Positions 8,186-17,598 of a stretch of 64,000 nucleotides of DNA are shown here, one piece after another (position 1 is the first letter of the stretch; the number at the start of each line of letters is the position of its first letter). Below the pieces are notes generated by a model, which worked only from the letters and a program-made list of their open reading frames with translations, was not told the DNA's origin and made no database searches. The stretch covers positions 77,689 to 141,688 of the forward strand of contig JAWBQJ010000004.1 in the NCBI GenBank assembly GCA_038845865.1, written 5' to 3'. Made by a program: the position numbers and the translations under genes. This DNA is from Desulfurococcaceae archaeon. Its GTDB lineage: Archaea > Thermoproteota > Thermoprotei_A > Sulfolobales > Desulfurococcaceae.

Positions 8186-9295
8186 TTGGAAAAGTTAAAA
8201 GTAGATAAGCAAATGCTACGCGAAATCATAAAGGAGCTCGCAAAGTGGAAAGCTCACGCAACTGTACTGTTAAGCCTGTACATACCGCCGGGAAGGCCCA
8301 TAAGCGACGTCTTAGCCCTGCTCAGGCAGGAAATATCCGTAGCTGACAACATAAAGCTGAAAAGAACTAGAAATGCCGTAGAGTGGGCCTTAAACGTCGC
8401 ATACGATAGGTTGAGTAAAGTACCAAAGACGCCCGAAACAGGGCTAGTCCTCTTCGCCGGCATGAACCCCGACACCGGTGAAACGATAGTACTGATGCTC
8501 GTACCGCCCGAAAAGGTCCCCATATTCTTCTACAGGACAGATAAGTACTTCCACACGGAGTTTCTCGAGGAAATGGTCTCTGAGAGCAGTGTAGCCGGGT
8601 TGCTGATCGTGGAAAGGGACGCGGCGACAATAGGCTTGCTTAAAGGTAACAAGTTAGAGGTGGTCGAGGAGCTTGAGGCCTACATTCCCGGTAAACACCA
8701 CAAAGGTGGTCAGAGCCAGAGGAGGTTTGACAGGATAATAGAGCAGATGGTCGAGGAGTTCTACAAGAAAGTTGGTGAACGCGCTAATAGCGTATTCCTG
8801 CCACTACTCGAGCAGGGCAAGCTCAAGTTAATAGTCATTGGAGGCCCCGGATACGCTAAGCACGACTTCGTTCACGGAAACTACCTAGATTACAGGCTCC
8901 TGCAGATCACCGCCTCCCAGCTCGTCGACGTATCTTACCAGGGAGAGGTCGGGTTGAGAGAACTTATTTCCAAGGCGGGGGACATCCTCGAGGAGTACGA
9001 GTACGCTGACTCCATGAAGTACCTGGAGGAGTTTAAGTACCACCTGGCAAAAGATGACGGGCTAGTAGTTTACGGTGAGGAGGAGGTGAAGCTGGCGCTA
9101 GAGCAAGGACTACTAAAAACACTACTACTAGGTGAAACAAGAGAGGACTTAAGTCAGTGGCTTGAAGCCGCCTCTAGAGTCGGGGTAAAAGTCGTAGTTA
9201 TAGGTAAAGACCTCCCTGAAGGGGAGTGGTTCAGTAGAACTTTCAACGGGGTAGCCGGTATTCTGAAGTTTAAAGCGGGAGGAGCTAGGTCTTAG
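8186..9295 (+). CDS. prf1: peptide chain release factor aRF1
   Basis: Contains a GGQ motif (KHHKGGQSQRRF) and a NIKS-like loop (NIKLK), and the eRF1-family domain order. The ORF track starts at TTG 8186, and an in-frame ATG lies 9 codons downstream. Confidence 0.85.
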   Translation: MEKLKVDKQMLREIIKELAKWKAHATVLLSLYIPPGRPISDVLALLRQEISVADNIKLKRTRNAVEWALNVAYDRLSKVPKTPETGLVLFAGMNPDTGETIVLMLVPPEKVPIFFYRTDKYFHTEFLEEMVSESSVAGLLIVERDAATIGLLKGNKLEVVEELEAYIPGKHHKGGQSQRRFDRIIEQMVEEFYKKVGERANSVFLPLLEQGKLKLIVIGGPGYAKHDFVHGNYLDYRLLQITASQLVDVSYQGEVGLRELISKAGDILEEYEYADSMKYLEEFKYHLAKDDGLVVYGEEEVKLALEQGLLKTLLLGETREDLSQWLEAASRVGVKVVVIGKDLPEGEWFSRTFNGVAGILKFKAGGARS

Positions 9296-9377
9296 GTACG
9301 TGGCTTTAGGAACGAAGCGAACGCCGCCAACGAGCTCGGATCTTCCCGGTGTAAACGGTGCTCCTCGGCGCATTAGA

Positions 9378-10445
9378 CTAGCCGAAGAGGGCTGCGTGCG
9401 TGAAAGCGAGGATCAGAGCTATTATCGAGGGTAACAGGCCGTACTTCATCACCAAGGCTATTCCCTGCTCTATTCTCCTACGGCCATACGAGGCCCTGAC
9501 CCACGTCAGTACGAACAGCACTACGAGGAACTTAACTATCAGTAGCGCGGCCCCCTCGAAGCTCAAGTGCCTGTAGGGGTAGGGCCCTCCGATGAACACG
9601 TACGTTATCAGGATGGCAGAAAACGCGAATTTAACGTCATGTGAGAGATTGTATAAAGCCAACACGCTCCCCGAGAACTCGGTCATGTGACCCGCTATAA
9701 GCTCTTGCTCTGCTTCGGGTATGTCGAAGGGCTTGAGGCCTAGCTTAGCCTGCGTGGCCACTATCATCGATAGCAAGGCTAGAGCCATCGACGCGAACGA
9801 CAGGGGAGAGGCTAACCAAGCCCTCCACGAGTTCGTAGCTGCACACGTGACGGAGTATGGGAGATCGCAGTGAGGCGTTAGTACCACCATCGGTACCAGG
9901 ATCGAGCCGAACACTACTGGTTCCACCACCACCGTTAACGCTATTAGCCTCGACAAGCCGGCGATGACGAAGGGGTTGGGGTAGGCTAAGACTGCTAGTA
10001 ATATCCCGGTGAAGTGCCACACCGCGTAGAGGTATACTAAGACGATGACATCGTAGGGAGCAGATAGCCTTACCGGCGATATTGGCAACAATAGCATTGA
10101 GGCTATGACGGACGCTATTGATATTCCCAAGCCTACTTCTGCCAGTAGTGTTGACGAGTATTTCTGCTTTTTAACTTCCTTGGCTAGAAGCAGCTTTAGC
10201 AGATCCGCCAGCGGCTGGAGTAGCCCTAGAGGGCCTGTATACGACGGCCCCATTCTATTCTGCATCCTAGCCGTGGCCTTTCTGTAAAACCATTCACCGA
10301 AGAGCGCTAGCGTGGCTGAAAATACAAGTCCTGGAAATACCAGCACCGCGAATATAGTGTAGAGGAGCTCGCTCACCAAGGGCCTCACCAAACCACGTAA
10401 ACGATCAGCGCTATTAACGCTATGAGCAGCACCAGCCCGAGCCAC
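9378..10445 (-). CDS. mbhM: NuoH/MbhM-like membrane subunit of the Mbh-type complex
   Basis: 355 aa and polytopic, with NuoH signatures (RMQNRMGPSYTGPLGLLQPLADLLKLL). Confidence 0.85.
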   Translation of the reverse strand: MARAGAAHSVNSADRLRGLVRPLVSELLYTIFAVLVFPGLVFSATLALFGEWFYRKATARMQNRMGPSYTGPLGLLQPLADLLKLLLAKEVKKQKYSSTLLAEVGLGISIASVIASMLLLPISPVRLSAPYDVIVLVYLYAVWHFTGILLAVLAYPNPFVIAGLSRLIALTVVVEPVVFGSILVPMVVLTPHCDLPYSVTCAATNSWRAWLASPLSFASMALALLSMIVATQAKLGLKPFDIPEAEQELIAGHMTEFSGSVLALYNLSHDVKFAFSAILITYVFIGGPYPYRHLSFEGAALLIVKFLVVLFVLTWVRASYGRRRIEQGIALVMKYGLLPSIIALILAFTHAALFG

Positions 10446-10744
10446 ATACTCATGTACCCGTACCAGTCATTGAGGACGCCCGTGTGAACGGAGTCTCTAA
10501 GCGTTTCAAAGGCCCTTCTCCACGCCTTCCGCACGATGCCCCAGTAAAGTGCGAGAACGCTGGGTATCTTGCGCCTCAGTACTTCTTCGCCTTCACCGCC
10601 AATGTACATCTCAGCGCCTTCGGTCGACATCCTACCACGTCTAGCCACCACGACTATGGCCACCGTGATCAGCGCAACGAGGATCGTGGCCCCCGTTAGG
10701 ATCAGGCTTAACCCTACTATGTCTAAATTACACGTCACGACCAT
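10385..10744 (-). CDS. small membrane protein of the mbh/mrp operon (MbhI-like?)
   Basis: 119 aa with two TM segments. It lies within the operon and overlaps the annotated nuoH start by 60 nt. Confidence 0.4.
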   Translation of the reverse strand: MVVTCNLDIVGLSLILTGATILVALITVAIVVVARRGRMSTEGAEMYIGGEGEEVLRRKIPSVLALYWGIVRKAWRRAFETLRDSVHTGVLNDWYGYMSMWLGLVLLIALIALIVYVVW

Positions 10745-10750
10745 GCCCGT

Positions 10751-12370
10751 TCACCTGCCTAGAAGACTGGCCATGTAAGCCAGAAACACCTCTATGTACT
10801 TCTTGTAGCCATACATGGCCGAGCAGACGTCTTCCAGGTACTCGTAAAGCCCCACGGGCAGTAGGGTACCCAGGAGAACTAGAATGACCGCGAGCAGTAG
10901 GCCCGGTAGCGAGAACCTCATGTCCTCCTTTACATTTAAACCCTTAACGCCGGTACCGAAGACCATGAGTAAAAGCTTCGCGTAGCCCATGACGCTTATG
11001 GCCGTCGCTAATATGACCATTAGCGCTATTACTGGCTGCGAAACCTCTAGTGCTGCCTGGTATATCATTAACTTGCTGAAGAACCCGCCGAGGGGTGGTA
11101 GCCCTACCAGGTTTAAGACGCCCAAGACCACGCTCGTGCCAGCCACGGGCATGTACCTCCCCACACCTGCAAGGGCATCAATGTCGCGGCTACCAGAGGC
11201 CTTCTCCAAGGCCCCTACTGCCAAGAACAACATCGAACTTGTCACCACGTAGTTAACCATGTGGAATATTGCCGCCATCAACGGCAACCTGCCCTCCTGT
11301 GAGAACGCCGTTAATCCCAGCGCCATGTAGATGAAGCCCACGTGGCTTATAGAGCTGTAACCCAGTAACCTCTTCGCGTCTCTCTGCAAAGCCATCATGA
11401 CCCCCCCGACAATGGAGGCAACTACGCCCAGAGCTAGTAGCACGTACAAGACGGTTGACCTAACGCCGTTCTCCGCGAGTATGGAGTCCGGTCCGAATAT
11501 GGTGAAGAGGTAGCGTATAACAACGTACGTTGACGCCATTTCCGCCACCGGTAGCACGGCCGATACGGGTGTGGGGGCCTCGCTTATCGCGTCAGGTAGC
11601 CAGAAGTGGTTTGGAAACAGCGCTGACTCTAACGTGAATACCCAGATAATAATAGCCATGGCTATGGCCGTGGCGACGCGTATATCTGCGAAGTAGCCGC
11701 CACTAAGTAGCGCGGACTGGTAGTAGCCGAACTCTGAAGGCCTCGACTTTATGGCTAAGTCCGCCATGTTAAGCGTCTGGTAGCTTCCATATATTAGTAG
11801 AGTCGAGAAGAAGTACAGTACGAGCGCCACGATGCTAACTAGGGAGTACTTTATCGCGGCCTCCACGGCTTCTGCCCGCGTCCTGTGGAATGCCACCAGC
11901 ACGTAGAGGGATATGCACATCACCTCCATCATCACGAAAAGATTAAAGATGTCCCCGGTGTAGAAAACCCCCATAACGCCCGCCGTAAAGCCCAGTACGG
12001 CCGTGTAAATGTAAGATAGAGTTGAAGGCTTGTAGTTCTCCAAGTAGCTTGTAGACGCCACAACGGATAGGAGTACTATGATAGACGCTAGAAGTGCCAA
12101 GGAGGCGCTAAGCTTGTCCACTATGTAAGCAATGCCTATGGGAGGAGGCCAGCCGCCGAACGGGTAGAGAGCCACGTCTACGCCGGTGAAGATGTTTCGC
12201 GCTATGATTCCAGCGATAACGGTCGCCGTAGCTACCACCACGATCGCGTAGAGCATGAAGAATTTCCTGCTCTTCACGAACAAGCCGAGTAGCGGCGTTA
12301 TGAAAGCCAAGGAAACGAGAAATGGAGGTACCAGCCCGTAGAGGATGTCGAGGTACTGCATGCACGACAC
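10751..12370 (-). CDS. mbhH: MrpD/NuoL-like antiporter-type subunit
   Basis: 539 aa and polytopic, with MrpA/D-NuoL/M/N family features (a proton-pumping membrane arm subunit). Confidence 0.85.
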   Translation of the reverse strand: MSCMQYLDILYGLVPPFLVSLAFITPLLGLFVKSRKFFMLYAIVVVATATVIAGIIARNIFTGVDVALYPFGGWPPPIGIAYIVDKLSASLALLASIIVLLSVVASTSYLENYKPSTLSYIYTAVLGFTAGVMGVFYTGDIFNLFVMMEVMCISLYVLVAFHRTRAEAVEAAIKYSLVSIVALVLYFFSTLLIYGSYQTLNMADLAIKSRPSEFGYYQSALLSGGYFADIRVATAIAMAIIIWVFTLESALFPNHFWLPDAISEAPTPVSAVLPVAEMASTYVVIRYLFTIFGPDSILAENGVRSTVLYVLLALGVVASIVGGVMMALQRDAKRLLGYSSISHVGFIYMALGLTAFSQEGRLPLMAAIFHMVNYVVTSSMLFLAVGALEKASGSRDIDALAGVGRYMPVAGTSVVLGVLNLVGLPPLGGFFSKLMIYQAALEVSQPVIALMVILATAISVMGYAKLLLMVFGTGVKGLNVKEDMRFSLPGLLLAVILVLLGTLLPVGLYEYLEDVCSAMYGYKKYIEVFLAYMASLLGR

Positions 12371-12373
12371 CCC

Positions 12374-12886
12374 TTAGTCGAATACCCGTTTAGAGTACTT
12401 CTCGAAGGTTTCCGATATCATCTTGTGGCACTCCTCAGGCTCAAACGCTTTAACGTCTATCCAGTGAACGTAGAAGCATCTTCTTTCCTCGTCCACGTCA
12501 ACGACGACCGTACCCGGCGTGTTGGTTATGGAGTTAGCTACCGCCGTTATCCCGTAAGCCGACGAGACCTTAACGGGCACCTTGACTATACCTGGGTTTA
12601 TGGGCATTCTCGGGCTTAAGATTCTCCTAATAACGTCTACGTGGGCTTTAACCTCGTCTATGAAGAAGTAGTGCAGTGCGTACGCTATAAGCCACGCCCA
12701 TCTCTTAACATCGAATACCTTTGAAGCGTTCGTAAGTAGGATGTTTGCTGTAACCGCTCCCACTAGTACCGACGTTACCAGGCCCGTGACTATGTCGTAC
12801 ACGGTCGCCGAGCCAGAGAAGACTATGTAGGTCACAAACACTAGTAGCGTTACGGGTATTGCCCTTGACCACCTACCCACGCTCAT
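12374..12886 (-). CDS. MrpE/MnhE-like subunit
   Basis: 170 aa with two N-terminal TM helices and a soluble C-terminal domain, typical of MnhE. It is in operon context. Confidence 0.65.
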   Translation of the reverse strand: MSVGRWSRAIPVTLLVFVTYIVFSGSATVYDIVTGLVTSVLVGAVTANILLTNASKVFDVKRWAWLIAYALHYFFIDEVKAHVDVIRRILSPRMPINPGIVKVPVKVSSAYGITAVANSITNTPGTVVVDVDEERRCFYVHWIDVKAFEPEECHKMISETFEKYSKRVFD

Positions 12887-13281
12887 CCCCTCAATTTAGC
12901 TATTTTCCTAACGTCGGTTGTACCATAAATACGGTAAATCTGTGTAGTTATAAATATCAGGAAGAGAGTTACAGCGAGGCCTATGACTATAGCTGTAAGG
13001 ACTAAAGCCTGGGGTACCGGGTCCACGGCCTTGGCAACGAAGAGCTCCACGTCTTCGGGTCTCGGCGGTATCGACACTAACACTGGAGGTATCGGGTTCG
13101 GCTCGGCGTACCTAAACCCTATAAGAACGGCTAAGAGGTTTACGGTGTCACTGAATATTGTAAGAGCTATTATCTTCTTCACGAGGCTGGGCCTCGCGAA
13201 TATACCATACAGGCTCAGCCCCACGTTTATGATCATGGACAACATAACGACGTTGAATAGGAATACAGGCGTCATCTCCAC
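12883..13281 (-). CDS. MrpC/NuoK-like subunit
   Basis: 132 aa with three TM helices and a NuoK-like pattern. Confidence 0.7.
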   Translation of the reverse strand: MEMTPVFLFNVVMLSMIINVGLSLYGIFARPSLVKKIIALTIFSDTVNLLAVLIGFRYAEPNPIPPVLVSIPPRPEDVELFVAKAVDPVPQALVLTAIVIGLAVTLFLIFITTQIYRIYGTTDVRKIAKLRG

Positions 13282-14102
13282 TAATCCTCACCCTTTAAAA
13301 CAACCTCCTTCGCAGGTGCCTCGGGCACCGTTATAAGGATGAGTAATGCAACGAATCCGAACGCAACCGCGAACATTTCAGCTACGTTGAATAGTAAAAG
13401 GGTTCCACCTAGTACAGTGGCGTCTCCTACGTATGAGGGTATGCCGTAAGGTGCCCCCACCTTTGGCTGGTTTTGGAATATATACGCGTAACCTCCACGA
13501 GTTAAGGCTACTAGTAGAACTAGGTACGTGGTAACCGCTATTGCCGCCAAGCCGGCACTCCTGAGGAGAACTGCCCGTTTCACGGGCACTCTCTGGGCTA
13601 AGAAGTGCACCGAGAAGGCGATGATCATTAGCATGGGTGCCACTGCTATGGTAGCCCCTCCTTGGAAGCCTCCACCCGGTGTTAAGTGTCCGTGAAATGC
13701 TATTGAGATCCCAACAGCCACAATCATGATCGTCGTCAGCCTGGTGACAGTCTTCACTATTAATGAGAGGCCGCCTCCTCCTGAACCCGGTCCCGGTACC
13801 CTTTCCCCGAGCCCTCTAAAGATCATGAGGGCGCCGACGATCGCCAAGAACATCACGGACGTTTCGAAGAGCGTATCCAGCCCCCTGTAGTCCCAAACTA
13901 TGGCTGTTACGGCCTCTGGTGATAGGGGGCTTAGGGCGAAGTTTGTATTAAATGTGGTGTTCAAGTAGATCTTGGCGAGAGAACGCACTTCGAGTGGTGG
14001 CATGTAAAGGCTTATGCCCCCCACCGTAAAGGCCGTGCCAAGCCCTATGGTCAGTAGAACTAGCGACGTTATTACAACTAGGTGTAAGTAGCTCCTCATC
14101 AT
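13281..14102 (-). CDS. MrpB-domain membrane subunit
   Basis: 273 aa and polytopic, with MnhB-like features. Its start overlaps the mrpC-like stop by 1 nt. Confidence 0.65.
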   Translation of the reverse strand: MMRSYLHLVVITSLVLLTIGLGTAFTVGGISLYMPPLEVRSLAKIYLNTTFNTNFALSPLSPEAVTAIVWDYRGLDTLFETSVMFLAIVGALMIFRGLGERVPGPGSGGGGLSLIVKTVTRLTTIMIVAVGISIAFHGHLTPGGGFQGGATIAVAPMLMIIAFSVHFLAQRVPVKRAVLLRSAGLAAIAVTTYLVLLVALTRGGYAYIFQNQPKVGAPYGIPSYVGDATVLGGTLLLFNVAEMFAVAFGFVALLILITVPEAPAKEVVLKGED

Positions 14103-14359
14103 TCACCACCCTCGAACCTCTCCGTCTTCTTAATTAAGACCAGTACTAGTGCGGTGTAAAGGCCAACCGATACAGGTATGTACGTTAAAAATATGTCAGG
14201 GGCCATTATCAGGTAGAATATTAGGGCGTAAAGAGAGCTCTGCAGTGCTGAATATATTACGGCCTTTACGAGGTCCTTTTCTATTACCGCAAGGTATACT
14301 GCTACGATGGAGAGTAACGCGGATGTTGCCATCAGCAAGTAGTAGATTAAGACGATCAC
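14099..14359 (-). CDS. small MrpB-N-terminal-like membrane subunit (MbhD-like)
   Basis: 86 aa with 2-3 TM helices, overlapping its neighbours by 4 nt. Confidence 0.5.
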   Translation of the reverse strand: MIVLIYYLLMATSALLSIVAVYLAVIEKDLVKAVIYSALQSSLYALIFYLIMAPDIFLTYIPVSVGLYTALVLVLIKKTERFEGGE

Positions 14360-14760
14360 GACCCACCACCTTTCCCTCTGTCCTCTTCGAGCTTATCCAC
14401 GACTTTCGGGTAAACTACAGCGGCTCTAGACCTGTGAGCAGCCCTCGCAATGGCGTGCGATCCCGCGGGAGCCAGGAAGAGGAGCAGCAATGCAGTTATA
14501 AACGATGCTCCCGCCACGAACCACCTGTAGGGTCCGAGAAAGTCTGCTCCCAGGGCTATCAGCGTAACGCCAATCAGTGGAACGAACGCCCCTCCAATAG
14601 TCCCCACAGTGAGTGCGTGGAGCCTTACGAAGAAGTTGGGGAACCTGAGCATTCCCACCGCTCCGAGAAGGTCACATACTGCCCCGATGATTACGAGGAT
14701 TTCGCCAACCACTATTAGAATCCATTCCAGCATTTCACTCACCGAACTCCTTTGCCTCAA
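14356..14760 (-). CDS. MrpG/MnhG-like subunit
   Basis: 134 aa. It contains the conserved stretch GAVCDLLGAVGMLRFPNFFVRLHALTVGTIGG. Confidence 0.75.
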   Translation of the reverse strand: MRQRSSVSEMLEWILIVVGEILVIIGAVCDLLGAVGMLRFPNFFVRLHALTVGTIGGAFVPLIGVTLIALGADFLGPYRWFVAGASFITALLLLFLAPAGSHAIARAAHRSRAAVVYPKVVDKLEEDRGKGGGS

Positions 14761-15019
14761 GGTACTTGGCCATGTAAACGTCTAGTGCATAAGCCCAGAG
14801 CATGAGGACTATGGCACAGGAAATGAGTATAGGTGATTTGAAAAGCACGGATAGAACAGCTAAGAGCACAGCCATATCGTACGACAGGGCATCCACGGCT
14901 ATGACCATGTCGGGTATTGTAGGTCCTTTAAGGAGCCTAATGATGTAAAGAACTATCGACACTATGAATAGGGGTATGACGAGCGTTAGTACCGTCATAA
15001 CGTGCGCCTCCACGCTCAT
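14735..15019 (-). CDS. MrpF/MnhF-like subunit
   Basis: 94 aa and hydrophobic, containing the stretch AVDALSYDMAVLLAV. Confidence 0.75.
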   Translation of the reverse strand: MSVEAHVMTVLTLVIPLFIVSIVLYIIRLLKGPTIPDMVIAVDALSYDMAVLLAVLSVLFKSPILISCAIVLMLWAYALDVYMAKYLEAKEFGE

Positions 15020-15423
15020 TGTTTCACCTCCGTGGCTTTGAGCGTTTTAAGTGTAAGGTCCTCGGAGCTTATTTCCCTAGACGACGAGAGCTGATATGTA
15101 GGCGTGACTATAAATGCGTTTACCGGGCACACCTTAACACACCTGTAGCAAAAAACGCACGCCATGTAGTTTACAACGGGGTAGAGACCTCTGAGGTTGT
15201 GTTTGAGCTTCACGTTTTCAGGTAGTTTTTTCATCTCTATGGCCTTAGCTGGGCATTCAAGGGAGCAAAGCGTGCACCCGGTGCACTTGCCAAGATCGGC
15301 GTAAAAAGCGCCTCTGAGGTCTTCTTCGACGGTTATTTTCGCCTTTTTAGGGTATTCTATCGTCGAGGGCCTCGAGAAGAAGTTCTTCAAAGCCTCCTTT
15401 AGGACGCTCATACGCGCTAGCAC
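15016..15423 (-). CDS. mbhN: NuoI/MbhN-like 2x[4Fe-4S] ferredoxin subunit
   Basis: Two CxxCxxCxxxCP motifs are present (CTGCTLCSLECP and CVFCYRCVKVCP). Confidence 0.85.
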   Translation of the reverse strand: MLARMSVLKEALKNFFSRPSTIEYPKKAKITVEEDLRGAFYADLGKCTGCTLCSLECPAKAIEMKKLPENVKLKHNLRGLYPVVNYMACVFCYRCVKVCPVNAFIVTPTYQLSSSREISSEDLTLKTLKATEVKQ

Positions 15424-16628
15424 CTTCTCCGGGCCAGGTAATTAAGCGGAACTCTTTTCTCGCCCCCGCCCTTCAGGTCAATCACCGTGACCCTCTCCAT
15501 GCAGGATATACAGGGGTCGTAGCTTACAAGTATGACCGGTACATCAGCTACACTGTGCCCCACGTAGCTAAATGCACTGTTTATCACGTTTACTGCAGAC
15601 GGTGTCCGTATCTTGACACGGTAGGGATTGGTGCCTCCAGTGCTGATGACGTAGTATACGAGCTCGCCACGAGGTGCCTCGACGCGGGCGTACGCCTCTC
15701 CTGGAGGAAACGTCCTCGGAAGCTTCTTCTCGTCAACTACCGCGGGGCCTTCTGGTAAGTGTTCGAGGATGTACTTACACATCTCTAAGGACTCTAGTGC
15801 CTCGTCCCACCTGACGAGCATCCTAGCTAAGGAGTCACCTTCAGGCCTCGTCACAATGCTCCATGGTACTTCTCCATAGGCATCGTGCTTGTCCTCCGCT
15901 CTTACATCGCTTTTAACACCGCTCGCTCTGAGTACCGGCCCCACCAGTGAGTGGTTGAGCACATCAATAGGTTTAAGCTTACCCACTTCGGCTAGCCTAC
16001 TGTGGATCGTTGAGTCCTCCTCGAACAGCTTCCTGTAGTACCTAAGCCTGGGTTCGAGCCTTTTCAGTAGGCCTAGAATCTTTTCACGCTTTAGACCGTC
16101 TATGTCTCTTCTAACGCCGCTAAACATGTGTATTTCAGCTAAAACTCTATTTCCAGCAAGCACTTCTTTCGCTTTCATGACGAGCTCCCTATCCCTCATT
16201 ATGTACATGAACAGCGTGTCGAACCCTATTACCTCGGCCATGATCGCGTTTATGAGCATGTGACTGTGCACCCTCTCAAGCTCCATGGCTAGAACCCTTA
16301 TGTACTTAGCCCGCTGTGAAGGTTCTAGCCCGGCGATGTGTTCAACCGCCCTCGTATAGCAGTTTTCGTGAACGGTATTACATATCCCGCACACTCTTGA
16401 AGCGATGAACTTGCCCTTGTAGTATGAGTTTTTCTCCATCAGCTTCTCTATCCCCCTGTGGTTGTACCCCGTGTTTATTTCCGCGTGAACGACTTCTTCG
16501 CCGTCCGCATATATTTTCAGCATTACGGGCTCGTGAATTGCCGGGTGCTGGGGGCCTATGGGTATTTCCAGCGATATCGGTATTTTTAACAGCGTGGTCG
16601 CGTCTTTGACGGCTGATTCCGTGTCCAT
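15417..16628 (-). CDS. mbhL: [NiFe]-hydrogenase large subunit / NuoD-like (MbhL)
   Basis: 403 aa. It has the N-terminal RxCGxCxxxH motif (RVCGICNTVH) and the C-terminal DPCxxC motif (DPCISCMER), followed by a 23-aa tail like the cleavable extension of hydrogenase large subunits. Confidence 0.85.
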   Translation of the reverse strand: MDTESAVKDATTLLKIPISLEIPIGPQHPAIHEPVMLKIYADGEEVVHAEINTGYNHRGIEKLMEKNSYYKGKFIASRVCGICNTVHENCYTRAVEHIAGLEPSQRAKYIRVLAMELERVHSHMLINAIMAEVIGFDTLFMYIMRDRELVMKAKEVLAGNRVLAEIHMFSGVRRDIDGLKREKILGLLKRLEPRLRYYRKLFEEDSTIHSRLAEVGKLKPIDVLNHSLVGPVLRASGVKSDVRAEDKHDAYGEVPWSIVTRPEGDSLARMLVRWDEALESLEMCKYILEHLPEGPAVVDEKKLPRTFPPGEAYARVEAPRGELVYYVISTGGTNPYRVKIRTPSAVNVINSAFSYVGHSVADVPVILVSYDPCISCMERVTVIDLKGGGEKRVPLNYLARRRC

Positions 16629-16631
16629 ACG

Positions 16632-16967
16632 CTACACCTGCGCATCTTTTCGCAGTGGGTGCGTTCCTTGGGAAGCAACGTCGAGAGGGACGAAGAACCC
16701 TCTTCTCAAGTACCTGTTCCCGACGAACTCCACGCCGAACAGATCGTAGATCTCGGCCTCGGCCGAAAATGCGCCCGGCATGATGTCGATTATCGTGTCT
16801 ACTCGGGGACTCGTTTTAGGCGTCGACGTTCTAATTACGATGGTCTTACCCAGCGAGACTATGTGTACGAAGTAGTTTAACTCAAAGACGTTTTCTTTTA
16901 CCCTGTCGACACCTGCTATCGTGGCCAGGTACACGTTACCGCTAAAACTGTTTTTAAGGACCTCCAT
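16632..16967 (-). CDS. mbhK: NuoC/MbhK-like subunit (annotated ORF probably N-terminally truncated)
   Basis: The 111-aa ORF starts at an internal-looking ATG. A further 43 codons upstream in the same frame are NuoC-like (DDALKPYTVRKEVIKPGRDVYVVEASRIREV) but contain no ATG, GTG or TTG before the TGA at 17088..17090. Confidence 0.7.
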   Translation of the reverse strand: MEVLKNSFSGNVYLATIAGVDRVKENVFELNYFVHIVSLGKTIVIRTSTPKTSPRVDTIIDIMPGAFSAEAEIYDLFGVEFVGNRYLRRGFFVPLDVASQGTHPLRKDAQV

Positions 16968-17073
16968 AACCTCCCTAATCCTCGATGCCTCAACGACGTA
17001 GACGTCTCTGCCTGGTTTAATAACCTCCTTCCTAACAGTGTAAGGCTTTAAGGCGTCATCTACGCTTAAAAAG

Positions 17074-17550
17074 CTACTCAGTGAGCCTCACCTCGACTTT
17101 TTCCCTGCCGAGGAGCATTAGTATGGCACGGAGTATTTCCTCAGGCCTTGGAGGGCATCCCGGCACGTACGCGTGTACCGGTACTACCTTGTTAGCGCCT
17201 CCAACAACGCTGTAGCTACCCTTGAAGACGCCTCCATCGTACGCGCACGCACCTACCGCGACAACGTACTTTACGCTAGGCATCTGGTCGTAGAGCCTTT
17301 TCAGCCTCTCAGCTGCTTTTTTTGTTACTGCACCCGTAACTACGAGGACGTCTCCGTGCCTGATTGAAGGAGCTAGCTTGATGCCGTACCTCTCGGGGTC
17401 GTATAGGGGGGTTATAGCTGTGAGCACCTCTATATCGCAACCATTACAAGCCCCCGTATTGAAGTGCACGAGCCACGGGCTATACTTAATCATCTTGTAA
17501 CTAGCCTTTTGAAGCCTCCTCGCCGCCGTCACTATAAGCACACCCACCAT
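17074..17550 (-). CDS. mbhJ: NuoB/MbhJ-like hydrogenase small subunit
   Basis: 158 aa with the proximal [4Fe-4S] ligands CNGC, GACA and GCPP. Confidence 0.85.
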   Translation of the reverse strand: MVGVLIVTAARRLQKASYKMIKYSPWLVHFNTGACNGCDIEVLTAITPLYDPERYGIKLAPSIRHGDVLVVTGAVTKKAAERLKRLYDQMPSVKYVVAVGACAYDGGVFKGSYSVVGGANKVVPVHAYVPGCPPRPEEILRAILMLLGREKVEVRLTE

Positions 17551-17571
17551 TCACTACTGTTAATGGGGGTT

Positions 17572-17590
17572 GGAATTATAAATCTTGCCC
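17572..17590 (-). promoter_or_regulatory. putative BRE/TATA promoter of the mbh operon
   Basis: The minus strand reads aagatttataattcc, with the TATA element centred about 30 nt upstream of the mbhJ start at 17550. It lies in the 48-nt gap after hypF. Confidence 0.4.
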
Positions 17591-17598
17591 GGTTATGG

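Noticed and set aside
8186-8215. TTG start for aRF1
   Set aside because: An in-frame ATG 9 codons downstream (MLREI...) is an equally good start, so the exact N-terminus is left open.
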